Positions 7,561 through 12,653 of a DNA stretch of 12,653 bases are shown here, piece by piece (position 1 is the first letter of the stretch; every line of letters starts with the position of its first letter). The stretch lies in NCBI GenBank assembly GCA_016839765.1, contig JAEOTP010000002.1:1-12653 (forward strand), given 5' to 3'. A model generated the notes under the pieces. That model was not told where the DNA came from. It worked only from the letters and a program-made list of their open reading frames with translations, and searched no databases. The DNA comes from Promethearchaeota archaeon. Its GTDB lineage: Archaea; Asgardarchaeota; Lokiarchaeia; Sigyniarchaeales; SOKP01. The position numbers were made by a program, and so were the translations under genes.

Positions 7561-8445
7561 ATGAAAAAATTGAAAAAAATGAAAAGTTTGAGTCTAGTTA
7601 TTGTTGGCTTTGTCCTCCTTATCCCTTTCATAAGAATTGCTAATGCACAAGGTTCTTATGTTGGAATACAAGATGGTGATGAGTATAATTGGGCACTGAG
7701 TGTGCATACAGGGAATTGGAACACATATATAGCGGATGATTTAGGAGCTACATTAGAAAATCTCGTACCATTAGGACCATCTAACTTAACTCGGGTTTTT
7801 AATGATTGGAACAGCCTTACTCCACCGCAATCTTATTGGTCCCTTAAAGTTACAGCTATAAATGTTGAAGAGACTGGACAATTGTTTTCTCCTGATGATA
7901 ATACAACAATTACATCCACACCTGTAAGTGGAACTATTGGATGGAAAATTCCACTATCTGATAGTCTTGAATGGGATGATATGTGGGACATAGTAAATGA
8001 TACATCAAGTTTCTTAAGACAGACTATAAATTTAAGTCGCTTATTTAGTCCCTATGCTATGCTGAGTGTTCTTATTGTCCCTACAACTATTAGCTGGTCA
8101 TCACTTGTGAGCGAATTCCTTGCAGAAATGACTGCTAAGGGAGGACTGTACATAAATATTGCGGCTACAGCACAATCAGATGGCTTTTTAATAGACATCC
8201 CAGCTTTAGGATTTGAAAACAATAGTGCTGCTATTAATATAAATGTAAAGTATAATTCTAAGGGTGTTCTTTCCTATTATAAGTTTTCTTATGGGGGAAA
8301 ACCACTTGTTGATTTTATTACAGGAAAATATATTCCAGAAAATGAACGTCTTCCAGTTGAATACTTTTTTGTATTTATTGGATTAACTGCCATTTTATTT
8401 GTCGAGATAATTCTTTACATTTATATGCGGAAAGGAAGAAGGTAG
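7561..8445 (+). CDS. Exported protein with a C-terminal membrane anchor, function unknown (288-294 aa)
   Basis: Signal peptide ending ANA-Q. Mature N-terminus GSYVGIQDGDEYNW. Five N-x-S/T sequons. C-terminal TM plus MRKGRR. The start is ambiguous (ATG 7561, TTG 7570 or ATG 7579). Confidence 0.8.
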   Translation: MKKLKKMKSLSLVIVGFVLLIPFIRIANAQGSYVGIQDGDEYNWALSVHTGNWNTYIADDLGATLENLVPLGPSNLTRVFNDWNSLTPPQSYWSLKVTAINVEETGQLFSPDDNTTITSTPVSGTIGWKIPLSDSLEWDDMWDIVNDTSSFLRQTINLSRLFSPYAMLSVLIVPTTISWSSLVSEFLAEMTAKGGLYINIAATAQSDGFLIDIPALGFENNSAAININVKYNSKGVLSYYKFSYGGKPLVDFITGKYIPENERLPVEYFFVFIGLTAILFVEIILYIYMRKGRR

Positions 8446-8457
8446 AAATCTTAATAT

Positions 8458-8470
8458 CCTTTTTTTTTCA
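8458..8470 (+). terminator. Oligo-T terminator candidate for the ABC operon
   Basis: T9 run at 8460-8468, about 15 nt after the stop codon. Confidence 0.55.
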
Positions 8471-8530
8471 TTCTATTTATACAACACCAATTCGCTAAAT
8501 GAGAAATTAATGCTTCTTATTTTTCGAAAA

Positions 8531-8556
8531 TTTTAAACCTTCTTTTAAACCTTCTT
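8531..8556. repeat. 12-bp tandem duplication (TTTTAAACCTTC)x2
   Basis: Exact copies at 8531-8542 and 8543-8554, preceded by the palindrome TTTTCGAAAA (8521-8530). Confidence 0.8.
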
Positions 8557-8589
8557 ATTTTTCCTGACTTTTTATCAAATATATAAATT

Positions 8590-8603
8590 AAAAAAAAAGA
8601 AGC
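8590..8603 (-). terminator. Oligo-T terminator candidate for the acetoacetyl-CoA synthetase gene
   Basis: A9 at 8590-8598 on the + strand reads as T9 on the - strand just after the stop codon. Confidence 0.55.
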
Positions 8604-10607
8604 TTAGCTTTGAAGCTCATCTTTCATTTCAATATAGAAATCTAAAGACTCAGGGTTTCTGAGGGCTCCACGATTAGCGATTTCCATTCCATGTATTATT
8701 TTAGTTACCGCAATTTCAACTTTTTTATTGCTAAATGTGTAAGGAATACCATCTTCTGGTGCTTGAAGGATTAATCTTGGTACATGTCTAGGAGATGTCT
8801 TTTCTCGTATAGTTTGCTTAATTTTTGTTTTTAATTCCTCATTTAATTCGTAGCCTTCATTAAGGAGCACGAACATTATAATCCTAATATCTCCCTCATA
8901 TTTTTGACCAATTACTAAGCTATCGGCAATTTCAGGAAGTTGTTCAATAACGTTATAAATTTCCGCTGTACCAATCCTTACTCCAGAAGGCTTCAAAACC
9001 GCATCAGAACGCCCCCAGAACGTAATTCCACCAGTATTACTATGGATTACGATATAATCGCCGTGTCTCCAAACATTTTTACCTTTATCTTTGAAAAAGT
9101 CAAAATAAGCAGCATTATATTTTGTCATTTTATCGTCATCAGCCCAGAAATGCGTAGGCATGGAAGGAGCAGGTGCTTCGCAGACAAGTTCAGCTTGTTC
9201 ATCCTCAATTGAATTTCCATTTTCATCATAAGATTCAACTTTCATTGCTAAAGCGCGGCCTTGTAACTCACCAGAATAGACAGGTAAAATGGGTAAAGCC
9301 CCGGCAAAGCAACCATTAATATCTGTTCCACCGCTAATTGAATTGAAATAAAGATCTTTTTTAATTTCCCTATATACATATTCAAATCCTTCAGGAGATA
9401 AAGTGGATGCCGTTTGTGATATTTCTCTAAGTGTACTTAAGTCATACTTCTCTGCAGGTTTCACTGCAAGACCCATTAGATAATGAATATAGGCAGCACT
9501 GGTCCCAAATATGGAAATTTTATGTTTTTCCATTAATTCAAAAAAGCGAAGAGGATCAGGATAAAGAGGATTACCATCATATAAAAAGATGGTTGCGCCT
9601 ACTGCCAGCGCACTAATCAACCAATTCCACATCATCCAACTTGGAGCAGTAATATAATTGATAATATCACTTCTTTTACAATCAGTAGAGAGTATAAGCT
9701 CCTTTAAATGATTGATAAGAACTCCACCAGCACTTTGAACCATGCATTTAGGTTTTCCGGTGGTTCCAGAAGAAAACATTATATAAACTGGATGATCAAA
9801 AGGCAATTGCTCAAAATCTAGTTTTGGATATTCTTCTTTTGAAATAAAATCTTCCCAATTGATAGCTTTAGGAATGCTACTAACGTCTACTTTTTCGTCA
9901 GAAATGTATGAGACAACAACCACTTTTTCAATAGAAGGGATGGCATTAACTACTGCTTTAATGTTCTCCCTTATATCAAAATCTTTGTCTCTGTAATAAT
10001 ATCCATCGACAGTAAAGAGTATTTTAGGCTCAATTTGGCCAAATCTGTCAATTACCGCACTCGGTTGAAGTTCAGCACCACAAGATGCCCAAACAGCTCC
10101 AATAGTCGTAGTTGCCAGCATTGCGGTTGGGGTTTCAATTAGATTTGGAATATAAGATACAACTCTATCTCCAACTTTTACTCCACTATCTTTTAAAGAT
10201 TTTGCTAAGCGAGCTACTATTTTATTAAGTTCTCTATAGGTTATTTTTTTGGAAATTTTTGTTTCACCCTGAAAAATAAAAGCTAATTGGTCATCTTTAA
10301 ATTTTAACAGGTTCTCTGCAAAATTTAATCGTGCTCCTGGAAACCATTTCGTTCCTGGAAAGACATTTAGATCCTCAACAACCTTTTCATACTTTTTAGA
10401 GGCAATAATTCTCGCAAAGTCCCACATCGCAGCCCAAAAATCAGCTATGCTCTCTACAGACCATCTATATAAATCCTTGCCATCTTTGATATTTTGCCCG
10501 TAATTGTTATTGACTAATTCAATAAAACGCGTCGCTTCCGCATTTTTTATCCAATCAGCTGAGGGTTCCCATAATTTTTTTCTTTCATCACTCATGTTAT
10601 CATTCAC
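8604..10607 (-). CDS. acsA: Acetoacetate--CoA ligase (AMP-forming acetoacetyl-CoA synthetase)
   Basis: WFPGARLNFAENLL, P-loop FSSGTTGKPKCMVQSAGG, SWMMWNW, SISGGTD, GELQ, WRHGD, GRSDAVLKPSGVRIGTAEIY and KKVE are all typical of the acetoacetyl-CoA synthetase subfamily. The true start may be ATG at 10595 rather than GTG at 10607. Confidence 0.93.
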   Translation of the reverse strand: MNDNMSDERKKLWEPSADWIKNAEATRFIELVNNNYGQNIKDGKDLYRWSVESIADFWAAMWDFARIIASKKYEKVVEDLNVFPGTKWFPGARLNFAENLLKFKDDQLAFIFQGETKISKKITYRELNKIVARLAKSLKDSGVKVGDRVVSYIPNLIETPTAMLATTTIGAVWASCGAELQPSAVIDRFGQIEPKILFTVDGYYYRDKDFDIRENIKAVVNAIPSIEKVVVVSYISDEKVDVSSIPKAINWEDFISKEEYPKLDFEQLPFDHPVYIMFSSGTTGKPKCMVQSAGGVLINHLKELILSTDCKRSDIINYITAPSWMMWNWLISALAVGATIFLYDGNPLYPDPLRFFELMEKHKISIFGTSAAYIHYLMGLAVKPAEKYDLSTLREISQTASTLSPEGFEYVYREIKKDLYFNSISGGTDINGCFAGALPILPVYSGELQGRALAMKVESYDENGNSIEDEQAELVCEAPAPSMPTHFWADDDKMTKYNAAYFDFFKDKGKNVWRHGDYIVIHSNTGGITFWGRSDAVLKPSGVRIGTAEIYNVIEQLPEIADSLVIGQKYEGDIRIIMFVLLNEGYELNEELKTKIKQTIREKTSPRHVPRLILQAPEDGIPYTFSNKKVEIAVTKIIHGMEIANRGALRNPESLDFYIEMKDELQS

Positions 10608-10617
10608 AAATTTGTGA
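10604..10617. promoter_or_regulatory. Perfect 14-bp palindrome TCACAAATTTGTGA, candidate operator
   Basis: Read directly. It lies over the 5' end of the acetoacetyl-CoA synthetase gene at the edge of the divergent spacer. Confidence 0.45.
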
Positions 10618-10719
10618 GTTTTAAATGAATTTTTTTGATATATGAATAAAGAATATTTCTTTTAACAACTTTTTTTTATTAAGTTTTATCAAATTGTACT
10701 AATTTTAGCATTTAAGAAA

Positions 10720-11544
10720 ATGAAATATCCGGAACATGAATTTGATGTAATTAAAAAGACTTCAATTCCAAATACAATTGATTCATTAAAAAGTGATTTA
10801 AGGGCTCTCGGAGTAAAACCAGCATCAACTATAATTATGCACAGTGCTCTTAGTCAAATAGGATGGACAGTTGGAGGTCCTGTTTCTGTGATTAAGGCAG
10901 TAATGGAGATTTTAACTCCTAAAGGCACATTGGTCATGCCCTCATTCACAGGTGATAATAGTGAGCCCTCTAAATGGGAGAATCCCCCTGTACCTCAAGA
11001 TTGGTGGGAAATTATAAGGATAAATATGCCTGCATTTTATCCAAGTATAACACCTACTAGGGGACTAGGTATAATTGCAGAAACATTCCGAAAATGTCCC
11101 AATGTTATGCGAAGTGACCATCCAATTTCATCATTTGCAGCATGGGGGAAATATGCAAAAAAGGTTATAGAAAATCATGAATTAGAATCAAATTTAGGAG
11201 AAAATTCGCCACTAGCCCGAATTTATGATATGAATGGGCAAATATTGTTATTAGGAGTTTCACATTCAAATAATTCTTCATTACATCTTGCTGAATACCG
11301 ATGCGAGTATGAAGGGAAAAGAACTGCACCTACTGGTTCTGCGATTCAAGTCAAAAATGAAAGAAAATGGGTAGTCTGGAATGAATTGAACCACAATTCT
11401 GACGATTTTGAGAAGTTAGGGCACAATTTTGAGACGATGATACGATACCAACCAAAGAAAGTAGGAATTGCTGAATCTCGGTTACTGTCACAACGAAAAA
11501 TGGTCGATTTTGCCGTGAAATGGTTGGAAAAAAATAGAAATTAA
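10720..11544 (+). CDS. AAC(3)/Antibiotic_NAT family N-acetyltransferase, YokD-like (274 aa)
   Basis: IMHSALSQIGWTVGG, GTLVMPSFT, P..W.NPPVP..WW, RSDHPISSFAAWG, SPLARIYD and LLLGV...NSSLHLAE (catalytic His-Glu segment). Confidence 0.92.
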   Translation: MKYPEHEFDVIKKTSIPNTIDSLKSDLRALGVKPASTIIMHSALSQIGWTVGGPVSVIKAVMEILTPKGTLVMPSFTGDNSEPSKWENPPVPQDWWEIIRINMPAFYPSITPTRGLGIIAETFRKCPNVMRSDHPISSFAAWGKYAKKVIENHELESNLGENSPLARIYDMNGQILLLGVSHSNNSSLHLAEYRCEYEGKRTAPTGSAIQVKNERKWVVWNELNHNSDDFEKLGHNFETMIRYQPKKVGIAESRLLSQRKMVDFAVKWLEKNRN

Positions 11545-11550
11545 ATTAAC

Positions 11551-12653
11551 CTATCTTAGTTTTTGTTTAAATTCAACATATTCACATATTTTTGCTAAAG
11601 CATTAACTGGGCGATCCCACAATCTAAACAGAATTGCACCATTTTTCCTCAATCGTTTAGACCAAGGAGTCTTAAAATTCATGGGACTTATGTGTAATAT
11701 TGGTACCGAATACTTTTTTGAATTTTTAATTGTTGGTTGAACTAATTTTATAGCAAGAGCATCAATAATTTCCTCAGGTTGATGATAAAACTCAGCGTGC
11801 TTAGCAATCTCTTTATATGATAAGTAATCATCCATAACATCTTGAAATCCAACAACCCCATATTGAATTATGGCATCTATCTCACCTGATTTCATCAATA
11901 ATTCGGGTAGGGTTATGTAGAAATATGGGAGGTCCATATCAAAAGTGCAGTCTATAGGATTTTTAAAACTTGCTGTTCTGGGTAAAATTTCTTTTAGTTC
12001 TTCTTGGAGCCCTTTAGATAGTTCTGGGACGATTAACCCATGCTTTTCAGCGTTGTTAGCAACCATCGCCCCTGGACCGCCTGAATTTGTTATAATTCCT
12101 AGGCGATTACCTTTCGGTAAGATTCCTCTCGATAAAATTAGCGCAATATCTAAAAATTCTTGAACATAATCTGTTTTAATAATTCCTGTTTCTTTAAACA
12201 ATGCATTAAATACCCTCGAATCACCTGCTATGGCTCCTGTGTGACTCTGTAAAGCACGATTACCTGCCTTAGAACCACCTACATAAATCCCAATAATTGG
12301 TTTCTTACGAGATACTTCTCTTGCTAATTCTAAAAATCTTTTCCCTCTTTTTAGTTCTTCAATATACAATCCTATAATTTCTGTGTATGGATCATCGCTA
12401 TAATATTCTAAGCAATCAACTATATCAATATTAGCCTCGTTTCCCACGGATAAGGATCTGCTTAACCCTAAATCTAAATTTTCAGGATCATACCAAATAT
12501 GACATGAAAGTGTACCGCTCTGCGACGCAATCGAAAATTTACTTCTTTTAAGGTTCTCCCATATAAAGATATTAAAGGATTTATTTTCTTCGTCTGGACC
12601 ATACCAATTATTAAAAACACCCAAACAATTAGGGCCAATAAATCTAATTCCAT
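11551..12653 (-). CDS. ADP-forming acyl-CoA synthetase alpha subunit (AcdA-like), 5'-truncated by the window edge
   Basis: The frame continues upstream of the ORF-track start as GIRFIGPNCLG, so 12624 is an internal Leu codon. Motifs ASQSG, SVGNEA, LYIE, SHTGAIAG (phospho-His), ITNSGGPG and NPID. No C-terminal ATP-grasp or GNAT domain. Confidence 0.9.
   Translation of the reverse strand, partial: GIRFIGPNCLGVFNNWYGPDEENKSFNIFIWENLKRSKFSIASQSGTLSCHIWYDPENLDLGLSRSLSVGNEANIDIVDCLEYYSDDPYTEIIGLYIEELKRGKRFLELAREVSRKKPIIGIYVGGSKAGNRALQSHTGAIAGDSRVFNALFKETGIIKTDYVQEFLDIALILSRGILPKGNRLGIITNSGGPGAMVANNAEKHGLIVPELSKGLQEELKEILPRTASFKNPIDCTFDMDLPYFYITLPELLMKSGEIDAIIQYGVVGFQDVMDDYLSYKEIAKHAEFYHQPEEIIDALAIKLVQPTIKNSKKYSVPILHISPMNFKTPWSKRLRKNGAILFRLWDRPVNALAKICEYVEFKQKLR

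Noticed and set aside
8940-9616. Plus-strand ORFs 8940-9212 and 9431-9616
   Set aside because: They lie inside the well-supported ligase gene on the opposite strand and show no motifs.
10720-11544. Calling this a bona fide aminoglycoside resistance gene
   Set aside because: It resembles the chromosomal YokD-like branch and has no mobile-element context. Family membership does not establish the substrate.
11945-12624. Plus-strand ORF 11945-12163 and the ORF-track start at 12624
   Set aside because: The first is an antisense shadow. The second is the Leu codon within the conserved GPNCLG motif of a gene that begins outside the window.
1-12653. CRISPR array, tRNA/rRNA, transposase, integrase or defence system
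   Set aside because: I saw no regularly spaced repeats, GC-rich structured RNA segments or matching protein motifs.

Overview
This is a very AT-rich (about 30% GC by eye) prokaryotic chromosomal window. It is most likely from an Asgard archaeon of the Lokiarchaeia/Promethearchaeota type. That is an inference from an IPGF + TM + basic-tail sorting signal, TATA-like promoters, oligo-T terminators and a stand-alone ADP-forming acyl-CoA synthetase alpha subunit. Gene order: possible truncated ORF (-); Fur/PerR regulator (-) divergent from a clade-3 heme catalase (+), with a perfect 7-1-7 palindrome between them; a beta-helix surface glycoprotein (+); an M50-type intramembrane metalloprotease (-); a 660-bp spacer hiding a TGA-interrupted reading frame missed by the ORF track; an ABC-2 exporter ATPase and permease plus a membrane-anchored exported protein (+); acetoacetyl-CoA synthetase (-) divergent from an AAC(3)/YokD-like acetyltransferase (+); and the 3' part of an ADP-forming acyl-CoA synthetase alpha subunit (-). 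The best leads are the PerR-catalase divergon with a variant metal site and visible candidate operator, the cryptic TGA-containing ORF, and the acyl-CoA ligase/acetyltransferase trio. I saw no rRNA, tRNA, CRISPR array or mobile element, and I cannot demonstrate a wholly new system from sequence alone.
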